64,000 nucleotides of DNA from Vermamoeba vermiformis (GCA_045837725.1 JBEWZL010000145.1:248001-312000); one strand, 5' to 3'. Shown: positions 46,618-60,707, numbered from the stretch's first letter. The notes: a model not told the origin generated them from the sequence alone. Numbers and translations: made by a program.

Positions 46618-48508
46618 ATGTGTTCGTTGCGAGGAGTTTGGATAATTGTCGCGGATGGAGAGCCCGTGTATTCGAGGTCAGTGAATAGCATAAATATCCT
46701 GTTATGAATAATTACGTGCATAATCAATAACACAAAAACATTATAAATAGAGTCGTGCTATTTGTGGCTCCAATTTTATTCAAATATTGAAAAATTCGAT
46801 AGAAAAATAACAAAAAATCTAGCAATATTAGACATTAACAATATTACAGGCGGTTCCATACAGTTGAACGTCGTGCACAAAATCTTCCAGAATACAAACC
46901 AATCCCAGCAGATCCGGTGCTCAGTCAGTTATTCATCAAACAAGTGTCCACTTTGACGCAAGATCAGCGAGCAATGAATATTATAAGTGTCGATGGTATT
47001 GAAGATGTGGTGTATCTCAACACGAGCATGTCAGTGTATCTCGTAGCAATTCCATTGCGATCGGGCTACGTGTCACGTACTGGCAGCGGATCCACTTCAC
47101 TATTCGACAAACCATATATTACTGGCGCACTAACATTGCTGCACGACCTCATTGCATTTATTGAGCCATTTGCACCTAAATTCGTAAGTCTTAATCTTAA
47201 ATCAAGCAGGATCCCGGAATAATTACGTTACTTAATGTCATGACTATTTCGTTTAGGAGCCGAACAAATTACAAGAATTAAATAGCTATATGACAGTTAT
47301 GATGCCTTTTGGAACACCTATCGAGACCAATATGAAGACTGTTAAAACAATCGTAAAACAGCCTCAATTGCTTGCAGATCCGTTCACTGAACAGACACGC
47401 ACAGTAAGACAATTGTCATACACTACATATAGCTCTAACACCTTGTGAAGCGACCAGCATGGCGATCAGTCACACAGCGCGGCAAACAAGAGATTTACTT
47501 TCACATTCAAGAGTTCATCAGCGCAGTGCAGTACGACAATCCAGCCCTGGTAGATGTCTCGCAGCTGACTGGCGGAATAATTTGCCAAGCAGAACTCGAT
47601 GGCACACCCGAGCTGAGTGTCACACTCGACAAGCGCGGCAGTCAAGTGCTCGTGTCACACTCTTTGGACCAGATCTGCCATACACTCGCGCCACATCACA
47701 GCGTCACGAATACAGACTACACGAGCTCTTACAAACTCAGCTGCACACCTCCGAGCATGAGCTTTGAACTGTGCAAATATTATGTGCGATCATTGGACAA
47801 ACTGCCGCTAAGAGGATTTTATCAAATGAAGGTGAGTGACACGTGTCATTGCTGGCCTAGCACGGAGCTGACATATATGACTAGGAAGCAGAGGATGGTG
47901 AGGTGCAGATCTTAGTGCAACTCAAGCTGAATGAAGAAGTGAACAACGAGTTCGAGTACTGTGAGATGGAAATTCCATTCCCCAACAAGTGAGTCACGCG
48001 AAGATATTAGAACATTCTTAATGTACTCCTTATTAACACATCATCAGAGGCAAAATCACTACGATTGACTCAACACCCACAGCTGGCACAGTGACAGTGC
48101 ACCCTGAGCGCAAGAACAGTTTGTTGTGGAACATAGGTGCGGCACAAACGTCATATGATGCATGGGCCATAATCTAACCTCCTATATTCAGGTACTAAGT
48201 TCACGCACCGCAATCTCGAAGTAGCACTCCCCGCGTCAGTGTATTTTGAGCCCGGTGACGGCACTGTGCGCGACCCATTCTTAGCGCAGAACAACAATTC
48301 ATACGTGGCACTCAACTTCAAGATATTGAACTGGACGGCGAGTGGTGTGAATATCGAACGCAAAAATATCTCAATATTCCCCAAGCCCTCGAACAAATTG
48401 TACATTATTGACCGCAGCGTGACGAGTGAAGACTACAAGATTTGGAACTCACTCGGCCAAGCACTGCATTGTCTGCCCGCACTGGAACACAGCGACGAGC
48501 ACACGTGA
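46618..48508 (+). CDS. AP5M1: Adaptor protein complex AP-5 mu subunit
   Basis: MCSLRGVWII...VYSR/RFHTVERRA, MPFGTP, RPAWR...GKQEIYFHIQE, LPLRGFYQMK, YKIWNSLG. Confidence 0.88.
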
Positions 48509-48602
48509 TAAAAACTGTTTGAGCCGAGTAGCGCTTGTTTTCAGTGAATCAATTGACTTCTCGTCTCGTGAGGTTTATTCGTGTCAATTCTACATGTGAG
48601 CG

Positions 48603-50179
48603 TCAATTGATTGGTCGCACTTCAGGCGTCGGAATATTCATTGGAAATTGTCTTTTAGCGAAGATATTCCTGCGACGCGTGTAAATGCACAAGAGCAATA
48701 TGCTGTAATTCAACAGCAGCATTACTCCGTATATCAACCAGTAGTGCGAATTGATCAACAGCAGCAATTGAAAGATTATCAGTGTCAGCTCTGTGCCGAT
48801 CAAAAACGTGTGCACTTTTTCGGGGTTGAGAATAGCGTACTAGACGAGTATTAGAGCACTATAAATAGGGTATTATATGCTTGTCTTACTTGTACAGCCC
48901 AGTACCAAGGCGTCAAATTTTCGTCATCAGGATAATAATTGCACGTCCCAAACAGAATTCCTCTGATGTTCGTCAATCTGATTATAATGAGTTAATACTG
49001 ACTAAGGTGATATTAATACGTCACAACTTACTTTCCGTCTCCACTGGGCGTTATATTTGTATTAATTTTTTTCACCGACTGCGCGCTGTAATATTGATAC
49101 ACGTCGGCAAAGCACGTGAATAAGAATCCTTCGATCAACAGCCACATGGTGTTCAGCGCCACCATGAATATCACGATGATGCACCGTGCTGAGTCGTAAA
49201 ACACATACTCGCTCTGTGCAATCAATCAACATTAGGTCACATCAATTATAACGCTTTGAAATCAAGCTCGCCTTACCTGCAAAAATCTCAAAGGCAGCAC
49301 AGTGGTGTAATACGTGGCTTGAAATGTGTCGTAGACAATGTACTTGACTTGCATCAACATCACACCTTCAATGCTGGGTGTCATAATATTTCGATTGTAT
49401 ATTCGTTGAATTGCATCTAATCCTCCGGTAATCACCAATCTGTAATAAAATATTAAAAAAAGGGTCATATATATTCATTATAGGCCTATTCAACGTACGG
49501 TAAAACAGCTAACACGACGTTTTTCAGTGAATAATACAAATATAGTTTGGTTAACAAAAATGTCACGTAAGCTGTCAATAATGCAATCACTATCGTTCCA
49601 AATGTAGTTATTCCGCTCAGCTGCAAATGAAATTAGTCCGAAATCGGTCTAATCTATGTATAGTAACGCTTACATTAGGGTAATTTTTGAACATTTTCGG
49701 GCCAAGCAGGACTAACAATAGCCGCCTTGAATAAACCAATCCACAAAATAAAAGCAAATATACATTGTAGCTGTATATATTCTGCAATTAAATCAATTAG
49801 AACAAGCGCAGAAAAAATGAATTCATTACGAATAAATACAGAAAATAAATTCAATACGCTCGTAATTGATTCTACAATTATTATATCACTTCAATATTAT
49901 ATGTTTTTTATTTTAGAATTATTTAAATATTTTTTCATGACTTACCAAGCGGTAAATATTAAAATTCTGGATTAGCATATGAACAGTCAAGAAGACAAAG
50001 AAATACAGTTCAAAATCCAATCTTGGCTTCTTTGTAACACTATTATATAATTGTTTTCCTTTTGAGATCTTCCTGTCCTGTGCCGCATCTGGTTGTCTGG
50101 TGACAGACGTACCAGCTGGGCCCTCCGCGTTGCCGCTCGAGTTGGGAGGCGGATTACTTCCCTTTCTCTTGCGTAACAT
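48603..50179 (-). CDS. TMEM39-family multipass membrane protein
   Basis: FELYFF...IQNFNIYR, YYTTVLPLRF, YVFYD, multiple hydrophobic exons. Confidence 0.75.
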
Positions 50180-50558
50180 CGCTTTGCACGAATAATCAGT
50201 TTGAGCGCCAAACATCAATATAAATTTCTCCGTTTGAAAAAGTTTGACCTACAAACTGCTTCAACATCCCGACACTGATTCATAATTCGCCTTTTATTAA
50301 CATAATTACAATTGTAGGTCATTGGATCGCTGCCTAAACAAAAACAACGTTACCGCACCTATTCTGGCCATTCAAGTCCTATGAGACGCCGATTATTTAA
50401 GACCCAGTCCCTTAAGAACTTCATTGTGTAGTTTATCGTAATCTTTGCCTTTAAAAGAACTGCAGTTAATATCAATCACGAAACATCGGTTAGAGATCCA
50501 AATAAGGCAATCATGTCATGAAACATGTCAACGCTCTAATAGCCCGCCCAGTGAGGAG

Positions 50559-52508
50559 TTAGTGGTTCATGAATAACTCAACGGCTGCTAACAAGACGGC
50601 CTTACCCTTCGTGCCACTACTCGTGCTCAGAACAGGTGTTTGTTCTTCCTCGTCCTCGTCGTCTTTCTGGTCTTCATTGTGCCCGCCCAGCACTGAAAAT
50701 ATCGGCTTTCCGGGCGGTGGTGCGGCCCAAAACGGAGTCTTGTTGCGCGGTGCAGTGAACTTGTCATCGTCTTCAGTCTCGTCGTAGTTGACGAGCTTAA
50801 AGCCACCGGCTCCTTCATCACCCGAAGAAGACTCTTCGTCACTGCTGTGCTCCGCTGAAACTTTCTGCCGCTTTGGCGCGGGAAATTTGTCGTCTGTTGC
50901 GTGTGTCAGTGAGTTGCGCCTCTTTCGCTTGGCTGGTGAGACGGTGCCTGGTGCGACACGAGGCGGAGGAGGCATCCTCTCAGCATCACTCCTTTCGTCC
51001 TCGCTCGCTGAGTGTGATTCATACGCGTGCTCGGGCAGTTCAACTAACCGACTTCGTGATTGTTCAATGTCTGCCGCAGTTGGTCTTCGAGGACCCACGC
51101 TAAGACCGTTGTCCTCTTTGACTTCTGTAGTCTTCGCTTGTGCTTCAACTTCTGGCTCTGATTTCTGCAGCCCAGGATAGAGTGGCACATTAGCCGTAGC
51201 AGGCACTGGAGGTACAGGCACGAACATGTTTGGTGGTGGTGGCATTTGGCCGTACATATGCGTCGGAGGAGGGATCATGACGCCTGTACCGGGTGGCGGT
51301 GGCGGATACGGCATCATGGGCATTGCAGGGTAGTGCACTGGAACGTGTGCGGGTTGTTTGCTATTTAGAATCATTTAATTAGTCCATCTACTCGCTCATT
51401 CACACTCTACTTACTAAATCTTGGCATAATCACGCTGCACATGCTCAATCAGGTCATTGGCCATCGACCTCGCTTTATCAAGGGCTAGTTGAGTCGGAGC
51501 ACTGATGACGAAGTGAAGTGCGTCTGGAGCCTCGACTGGTAACGCCATATATGAGTAAAAATAAGACTATAAATGATTGATCCATACGCTTGGTGTGTGG
51601 CTCTAAATATCCAGACCCTCGTCCGTGAAGTTGGATCTTGGCACCAGTCTCGTTGTTGATGTATTTTACAAAGCTACCTTGCTTGCCCAACAGCCGCGGG
51701 ATCAATCCAAACTCTGCCCTTGTGTTCTCTATTCCAATATATACTTTGACTGTCAATTGTGTTTGCTACAAGTATTGTGACATTAGCGACAAGTTAATGC
51801 AGCAACGTGACACGTACGGCCTTATTAATAATCTCCTGTAGTCTTTCCTTTGCCTTCTCCACGACAATCGAATTCTCGCCAGATATCAATAGATACAACG
51901 GTCGCTCAGTTTGTGAGTGAGTGCCTGGTGCTAAGTAATAGCCGCGGCTTAGAATTGTAGCGCCGGTCTCAGCTCGTATCTGCGGCAAATTAGAAAATAC
52001 TTCGTGCATAACAAATATCTTAATAAGGGCATACTTGTTCGTGAGTAGCACCTCTTGTGAGAAGAGCACGAATTTCAGGCGAGTAATCGTTGATCTCTAA
52101 TTCTGCTGTGGCACCGGTATCTTGCACAGCCTAAGTAATTAGCGACGTAATTACTGGATAGATCATCTTACAATCGACATTCCCTTTTGTGCTAGAATTT
52201 GTTGCAATTTGGCAGCAGCCAGTTGTGCCGCGTTTAGAGTTGATCCAGATTCAACATTTGTAGCATTATTTTGTTGAATATTCTGTTGGGACGCTGGAGT
52301 AGTCGGCGCACTTGATTCGCTGCCTGGTACGTCCCACCGTCGCTTCTTCTTTCTATTGATATTACAAAAAAATATTTAATATAATCTTGTATTGACACGA
52401 ATATATTTGGACTATTTGCTGCTGGCCGTCCTGCCAATTTTGTAGCATGCACAATTATTCGCCTTCGTAAAGGAAGAGAACGTACTTATCCTGATCTTGG
52501 CTTGACAT
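50559..52508 (-). CDS. KHDC4/BLOM7/RIK-like KH-domain splicing protein
   Basis: KKKRRWDVP, AELEIND, IRAETGATILSRG...ERPLYLLI, LLGKQGSFVKYINNETGAKIQLHGRGSGYLEP; Pro-rich tail with PFWAAPP. Confidence 0.85.
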
Positions 52509-52660
52509 GTCAGTAAGCCAAATAAGTGTTGAACGAATGCGCTCAGTGGCAATACAAACCCCTTTGTATGAGGTCTTCTAATAATTATTGACTTGTTCGA
52601 GTTAGCAAATTTTTGAGCACGTTTTTTTTATTTTCCTTCGTGCATTGAAAGAGCGCAACA

Positions 52661-53982
52661 ATGAGCTTGGCGATCCACAAAACCAGCATACCAACAAATA
52701 ATAAGAGAATTACTCCTGGCAGTATTAATGGCTGCCGACTTGCTGTAAAAAACGACTCGGAGTTCGTTGTTGCGTGCAACAATGAGCTATTCTACCTCAC
52801 GGTCGATTTGAAAGAAGCAGCTGAGCAATTTTCACACGACGCTAGATCACAGATATCAAAATTCATTCCGATAGCAACGCCTCTCAAACAAGAAACAAAA
52901 TTGACGGCAACACATCCGTATGAAATTCAGAATATTTTTTATAAATCAGCCAATGGCCAAGATTATTTATACTCCGTGGATATGGCTGGAAATAGCAAGT
53001 TTCATATCTTAGAAAATTCTCAAATCAAAAATACGGTCACTATTGGCCAATCTGAAACAAAACGGCCAGAACTTGGCTGGTGCGGCATTATCCCAACTCC
53101 TCACGATGCAGAAAAGGTGTGTTTGATAACTATAATATTCTTTGAAAGGCAGGTTAATTGACGCTCGTGGATTTATTCAGACCGTCACTGCACGTTTCTT
53201 CGACAAAAAGATTACAGTAGCCGACAAAGACCGCGTTATCAGAACATTCCAGCCTGTGCAGCACCCTACACAAATCGGTTTTCTTCCCAATCAGGACGTA
53301 CTCTGCGTCACCGAGTACAACATGCTGAGCGTGTGGGACTTGAGACAAGGCGAGAAGTTTGGCTGCATCAAGCGTACTAATGTAAGACATTCATAATAAT
53401 ACATTCGCCGTCTGTAACACCTCTATTATGCCAGACACTGCGCGAACCACTTTATGCTCTGGCCTGCACAAGCAATAACGTCTCAGTGAGCGGTGTTGCG
53501 CGTGATGTCATCACATTTGACACGCACAAGTGGAACATTCGTGCGCGCTGGAACAGTTGTCTCAAGTACGAAGTGACATCGCTACACCTCTCCTCGGCCA
53601 ATGAAAATCTTTGCTACGTAAGCGGCTTGGGTTCTGAAGTAAGTAATACCAGACAAAACTATTTCATATGTGCGATTTATCGAGCCCACACGACTGCACG
53701 TGTCTAACAATCTATTTAAAGCTGCTTTGTGGAGATTGGCGTGGATCTGCATCGGTCTCTCACAGAGAGGGTTTCCACGCTGAGTCTCGATGGCTCGGAG
53801 TGCAACAATATGCAGAAGATGATACAATGGTAGGATTTACTGAGGCAGGAAATATCTATGTGTTCAAGAATGGTGTCACGATGATTGATCTGGCTATGGA
53901 AGAAAAGAAACAAAGCCACAAAGATGAAGTTATTACTGACGATGATGAACATCTAAACAAAAGACAAAAATTGGATGAATAG
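52661..53982 (+). CDS. WD40/beta-propeller-like protein
   Basis: LSVWDLRQ, ITFDTHKW, short beta-strand repeats; four exons; basic NLS-like KRQKL tail. Confidence 0.7.
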
Positions 53983-54270
53983 ATGTAAATAAACCGCAGA
54001 TCGGATCAAGATCACATCCACGGTGGATGCAACCGAAAACACGCTAGCTTGACTACGGTACGTGGTAATTAGAGGACACACTCTTGCACGCGTAAAAACC
54101 TTTCCAGAAAGGCTAGATGGCTGTTGGACGAAAACCATGACTTAAGTCAACTTCGGTTAAGTCACGATTTTTTTTCAATCCTCATCGTGCACCACTTTCT
54201 CTTTTTCATTTTTCTGTTCTCGTTTATTCATTGTCCACCACGAGGAGCCCAATAATCAAATAATATAAAA

Positions 54271-54654
54271 ATGTCTGCTGATCTTGTCTGGTTGCTTGTT
54301 AGAGATAACTCTTCATTCATCGTCAAGCGCGATGGTGCTAACTTGACCACTGAGCCTGGTAACCTCACCAACCAAAACAGACGAAAATACACTGGTTTGG
54401 CTTCAGAAAAGACTGTTGATGTTGCTGGAGATAAGGACGGCTTCGTTCACTTGACCGTCAAGAACCACAATCTTAGACACCGATCTATTGGCGCCACCCT
54501 CCTCCTCAAGAAGGATCCCAGACGTGTTAACAAGGCCATCAAGGCTAACGTTGGTGCTTCCAGAAAGGATCTTGTCAGTGCTGCTTTGACCAAGGCCACC
54601 AGATTGAAGCAAACCGCCGGTGGTGTTTCCAAGAAGACCAAGAAGCAGAAATAA
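54271..54654 (+). CDS. RPL28: 60S ribosomal protein eL28
   Basis: MSADLVWLLVRDNSSFIVKR...EPGNLTN...KYTGLA; intronless; pyrimidine tract (TOP-like) at ~54195. Confidence 0.96.
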   Translation: MSADLVWLLVRDNSSFIVKRDGANLTTEPGNLTNQNRRKYTGLASEKTVDVAGDKDGFVHLTVKNHNLRHRSIGATLLLKKDPRRVNKAIKANVGASRKDLVSAALTKATRLKQTAGGVSKKTKKQK

Positions 54655-55164
54655 GTACTTGCGGCCTCAAATGTATCAAAAAGCCCTAAGTAAAAATATT
54701 TAAAAATAATAATACACCAAATTATAATTTTTGATAATTTTTTTCGGATTAATTACCTCTTAGCAGTTGGACGCAAAAATTAGACTAGGATAAATAAGAC
54801 ACAATATCAACATGGCAGAACTCGAATATAAATTTTGCAGCCTTATTTCCAAGCCTATTATGTATGGTAGGATCGACTCACTGATCCTCCACCTCGTCAA
54901 AGCTGCGGCGAGGTTGCATAACCTGCCTGTATTATTTATGTACATTTCTCTTGTGGCAAAATTGTTAAGGTACATTATTGCCTTCGCAAGCCCCTCAAAT
55001 CTTCTACCCAGATGAGCGCGCTTTGAAAATTTTTGTTGCTTTCTTATGTTCGCTACTCGCCTTTTTGTCTTTCTTTCTTTGTCTTTAAACTTTGGTCCGT
55101 CAGTAGTTCGTTGAAAGGATCGTGCCATTCAAACAACGCTGCTAAACGCGCAACCACGCAAGAC

Positions 55165-56134
55165 ATGTCCGAGAAGGAAGAAAAGAAGGAAGACAACGTT
55201 GTCGAAGAAGAGGTGAAGGAGGAGAACGTTGAAGACCAGGAAGAGGATGAGGAAAGCGATGAGGGTAAGCAGATCTCGATCCACAAGTGCGATCGCACAA
55301 GTAATTTTAAAAATTAAAATTGCGAACCCAAAATTATCCAATCATACGCTTATTAAACACCAGTACCGCTTGATTAATTTAAATTATTCTTTTTAATTAC
55401 AGAGGTTGACGACTTGGATCTTCTGTGTGATGCCATCACTGAGAAGCTAAACGTGCGAGATCCCGAGGATATTGACGAAGATTTGTTATTAGAGTCGCTA
55501 GAAGGTTATAATCAAATACTGGAAATAGATCAAGAATGCATTGCTGCCCTGAAGGGTAAAGGCTACGTGCTTGGTTTGCTTGATGACTTCCCGCAAGGTA
55601 ATTGTTCGACTAGCAACAAATCGCTCAATATTAATTGTTTGTTAGCCATGGAAGTATTGAAGCAAGCCAAGGCTCTGGATCCGAATGACACTGGCATTGA
55701 TGACATGATTAGACAGTGCTCAATACTCGAGGAGGAGTTCGCCGAGGAGAACGGTATGCTACTCCTGCTAGCTCATACTAGTACCTAACGTGACTGTAGG
55801 TGCGTCGGTTCCCAGTTTGATTGAAAAAGGAGAGCCCACAGAGAAGTTCGTGCAAGCACTTGAAGAGATATTTGCTCGATTTGACAAGGACGGTGATGGT
55901 GGCTGGAGTGACGACGAGTTCGACCAATACCACCGCTTTGTCAACGGTACACCTATCAACCCAACTGTGATCATCAATTTCAAGCGCGAGTACGGCACAA
56001 CAGACTCGGGTGCTTTTTCACTCGACGGTTTTGTCACATTTTATGTCGAGCAAACAATTGACGATGCGGAGGAGACCTGGAAAGACCTCACCAAGCTCGG
56101 GTACAACAACAAGCTTGAGCGGAGTGACAACTAG
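55165..56134 (+). CDS. Acidic TPR-like + EF-hand protein
   Basis: ALKGKGYVLG...AKALDPND (TPR-like); IFARFDKDGDGGWSDDE (EF-hand); ETWKDLTKLGY. Confidence 0.75.
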
Positions 56135-56217
56135 TTGATCAATCAATATCATCATGTACAGAGTGCGGCAGTGTTAATAAATATCATCGTAGTGTCAATG
56201 TAATCATATCTGCACAT

Positions 56218-57697
56218 TTATTTCTTTTTGGTCCGCGGTGAGGCCTTCGTCTTAGAGACAGGACTGGCATCGATAACCTCTTCGTCATTGTTGTCCGTGT
56301 TGTTGTTATTTTTACCGCTCGGCTTTGGTGATTTGGCACTCGAAGCAAGGCTCTTCTTTGCACTACTGGGAGTTGATTTCGGCGTGCTAGGGTTGGGCGT
56401 GCTACCGTTGTTTGACTTCGAAGGCGTTGTGCTTGTCTTTGCTGGCGGAGCAGTGGTAAATTCGGCACTGTGCTCGATTAGCTTTAACTTCTTTCGACGA
56501 TGTTTTTATACATACCCACACGTGCTGCACTTGTCCTTTGCTTCACAGAAGACTGATGTATCGTTAGTTACTGCGGACACAATGGATACTTCCTTACTTG
56601 ACAAGCAAACTGAGCACACGTAGCCTTGGTCGAGTACTTTCTTGTGACAGAAGCAGGAGGCTCTGTAGTCTACCTCGAACAGCCGCGGTAGTGGCACAAA
56701 TGCTCTAGAGTATGTGTCTGTAATATAAGTAGACTGGAGTCGATTAGTAGTCGAATAAAGTACATGGATAGATGGCACGTACAAGTAAATACTGCAGTAG
56801 CCCTTCTTGCAGTTTTGGTCGCAAGTAAATTCCATTCGTCAAGTGTGATGCTTGTTGGAGGAAAGACGAGTCCTCGTCCATCAATATGCAGCTGTCAATG
56901 ATGATATTCTGTGGGGTGTTAGGGGTGGCACTCCGTGTAATTCCAGGTACTTACCAACCGTTGAGCAGCCAAGATTGCATTCATTATAGGAATGTATTGT
57001 GAGGACTGATCGGGTGTCACACTAAATGTCAGTATTCTCGGTTTAATTTTTGGTTTGAGCTTCACAATGCGGTTGACATCTGTAGGTGACACGTGTCAGC
57101 TCTTTTAGACCTCGAGGGTGCTACGTACAGGAAAGTGCCATAGAGATGGCCGCTGAATATGTCGAGCCTTGGGCCGGCATATTTTTAACTCCTAATAAGA
57201 ATGTGTTGGTGTTGAACTATTGGTTGGCTGGATCTTACCTTCAAAAAATGTATTTAACTCCTCTGATACAGTTTTGCGCAGCTGTTGGCTATCGATAACA
57301 ACGTCTACTTGTGCTTGCTCGTTGCTTTGCGCGGGAGGGTATACGAATGTGCTTCGTGCCACCAATTAGCGGATCGCGATACCTCAAATGATGTCACTTA
57401 CCTCGCTTTTGGGTTCGTTTGAATAATCGCAATACGGTTGTATTTTTGTGTCATCAAATAAGCATTTATGAAGATAAATAAGTGTTCGAAAAATGTAGCG
57501 AAGTCAATCTGCTTTGCGGATTTTTTCCTATTGGCCCACTCATGCGCGTTGACATCCAGTATCACGACTAAAAAGCTAATATCGTCTACAGAATTTCCAA
57601 GAAATTATCAGTTACAGCATGCGTGACGAATAGTTTGAAAAAATTCTAATTGACATAAAGGGAGTTTGCGCCTACCTTCTGTTAAAGTGTTGTCCAT
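56218..57697 (-). CDS. GTF2H3: TFIIH subunit p34/Tfb4
   Basis: FLVVILDVN, KPRILTFS, QYIPIMNAILAAQR, IIIDSC, VDYRASCFCH...GYVCSVCLS/FC...CSTC. Confidence 0.93.
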
Positions 57698-57874
57698 ATT
57701 ATTTACAATATATACAAGTTAAATAAAATATATTTTACAAGTTAATCGCTTCTGTGTGCGTCGCTTGGCGAGCGGAAACAAAAATAAAGTTTTATTCAAG
57801 AAGTAGTTTTGTTGCTGTTGATTGCGCAGATTATCAACACTGCCTTCGTTCGTATTATATTATAGATATTAAGA

Positions 57875-60707
57875 ATGGATCGAAGGAACGATAATTATGA
57901 CGATCTGTCCGAACACTCAATGGAATTGAGTGAAGATGAGGATGTGCCTCGTAAGTCACGAAGGTAAGTTGCTAAAAATATTTAATATCCAGAAATTATG
58001 CAAAAGAGCGTTCATTAGTCCCCAATTACCATTTTCTAAGTCAGTTGAATTTTTTTAATTTTTATTTTCTTTTCAGTATTTGTAAAAGGCTACTTTATAC
58101 GTTATACGATACTTTTTATCAGTAATATATTGATACACGATTAACAATAATTCAGTGAATTATTCATTTAATATTAATTTTTTTTCCTTAATACTATGTA
58201 TCGTCCTTTGACACGAATAGTAACTACGCAGCAGCATAAAATAATATCGTAATATTCGATTTAGATCGCGAGATAATCGCGACTCGAGGGACTCGGATAG
58301 ACATGGCTCGGATCGTTCCACCAACGATAAAATGGAGCGAGCACGTGAACGCATCAAACAAGACTTGTGGGACACTGACGCGTGGACGACATTGATCATG
58401 GAGGCACAGATGAAAGACATTTCAGTGGCTAGACCAGTCTACGAAGAGTTCTTGAAGATGTTCCCCACTGCAGCGCGGTACTGGAAGTTTTATATCGAGC
58501 ACGAAATTGGTGCAAAGAATTACCACAATGCCGAGAAGATTATTGCGCGGTGTCTCGTGCAGTGTCCGAACGTGGATCTGTGGAAGACGTATTTGAAGTA
58601 CGTGATGGACGTCAAGGGCAAACTGCCCAACAGCAAAGACGAAATTGTGCGCGCATTTGAATTCGCACTCAGTCACGTCGGATTTGACATCGCTTCGACT
58701 CAGATCTGGCAAGATTATCTCAACTTGTTGAGACAACAAAAGGTATCCGTCACATGCACTATTCCACTGACGATTTATTAACGCCTTGTACAATAGACGA
58801 CTTCGCAGTTCGAAGAAGGACAAAAGATTGACGCGCTGCGTAAATTGTATCAACGCGCCATTGAAAATCCGATGCACAACTTGGAGGGTATTTGGAAAGA
58901 ATACGACGCCTTCGAGAACGGACTCCACAAGATTATTGTACGTGTGTTGGGACCTAATGTCAGTTCATACTAATTCCACGACAGGCTAAAGCAGTGTTGA
59001 CGGAGCACGGTCCCAAGTACATGTCTGCTCGTGCGGTGTATCGTGAACGAAAAAATCACATGGAAGGTATTTCACGCAATGTTCTCGCACGACCTCCTCG
59101 AGGCAATGCCAAGGACAAACATCAGGTACGAAGTCATATGTGAATAAATTAATACAGTGCGCTGACGTAATTCACAAGGCACAACTGTGGAAGAGACTGA
59201 TTGAATACGAGAAGACCAATCCTCAAACACTCGAAGCACCGCTGTTGAAAGACCGCGTTGCCTTTGCATTCAATCAGGCACTGCTCTATTTGTATCACTA
59301 TCCTGAGATCTGGTACGACTCGGCGATGTGGCAGCTCGAGAACAACGACTACGACTCAGCTGTTGCCGTGTTGCAAAAGTCTAATATTGTAAGTGCACTA
59401 TCGAGCACAGATGTTATAGCTAACACATTGACTAGGCTTTACCCGACAATCTGTTTTTGCACTACCAATTAGCAGATCTGTTAGAATCACACTCAGATAT
59501 TAAGCGCGCTAAAGAAGTCTACGAGAATTTGTTGAAGAAAAAGAACGACACGTTGATTTATGTACAGTACATGCGATTTGCACGACGTCAAGAGGGTGTT
59601 GACGCGGCTCGTAAAGTGTTTTTCCGCGCACGCAAGTCACCGAATTGCACCTATCACATCTACTTGGCTGCAGGTACGTCTGCATCTTATCAACGCTAAT
59701 CGCAACTTAACTAACATTAATCAGCCCAAATGGAGTATTACATCAACAAGGACGCCAATGTCGCACGAAAGATTTACGAAATGGGCTTTAAGAAGTTCTC
59801 GCAAGAGACAGCTTTTGTCTTCCAATACATTGACTTTTTGTTCCACAGAAGTGACGAGAACAGTACGTATTGCAAGGGTATATTATAATATAGTCACTAA
59901 TTTTGTGGTAGACTTGCGTGTGTTGTTTGAAAAGATTTTGGCCACAATGCCCAAAGAGAAGACAGGCGAGATTTGGAACATGTATTTGAAGTTCGAATAT
60001 GTTTGCGGTAACCTCAACACCATTCAGAAGATTGAACAACGAAGGGCTCAAAGCATGCCTAACTTTGGTAAGGGTTGAAAGGTGACACTTTGACATGCGT
60101 TAATTATGTCCCTAGATTCGAGTGGTATCTTCAGTGCTGTGCAGCGATATCAGTTTTATGACCTGTGGCCCTGTGGCAGTGACGAGATGGCCTCGTTCGT
60201 GGGTGGTTTGAAGGTTGAGCGCGGCAAGAAGGGCAAAGACAGCGAGGGTGACAAGCCAGTGCAAGTCAAGATTGCGAGTGCCAAGTTCCCCATGCCTGAT
60301 CTCAGTCAGTTGGTGCCGTACAAACACGACTCTGCTCCTGGCGTGAACGACATGGGTCCTATGGGCGGCATTTCGCGCTTCATGATGTCATTGCCCACGG
60401 ATCACTGGGATGGTAAGCACGCTTTGACACTTTTGACACCCTTGACGTTTGGATTATTAACGTGGTATTTCTCGTAGGTCCGTTGGTGAACGTCGATGCC
60501 TTGATGAAGTTGTTGATGGACACACCGATCAGACCCGACCTCATTTCTGCTCCTGAGCGCAAGGGACGAAACCGTGACGGTGACGAGAGTGACGACGAAG
60601 ACGACGGTCCTGGCACAGCAAGCACAAGCGCGCAACGAACTGGCGGACGCGATGTTTACCGCGAGAGAATGCAGCACAAATTTTCTTCGACTAATCGAAA
60701 CACATAG
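57875..60707 (+). CDS. CSTF3: Cleavage stimulation factor 77 kDa subunit (Suf/Rna14)
   Basis: HAT repeats (FPTAARYWKFYIEHE, LWKRLIEYEKTNP, YVQYMRFARRQEG); C-terminal DVYRER motif. Confidence 0.95.

Noticed and set aside
54760-55128. Short ORFs and two hairpins (ggatc..gatcc, acctcgtc..ggcgaggt) between RPL28 and the TPR/EF-hand gene
   Set aside because: No protein motif, splice pattern, H/ACA or C/D boxes; hairpins this short can arise by chance.
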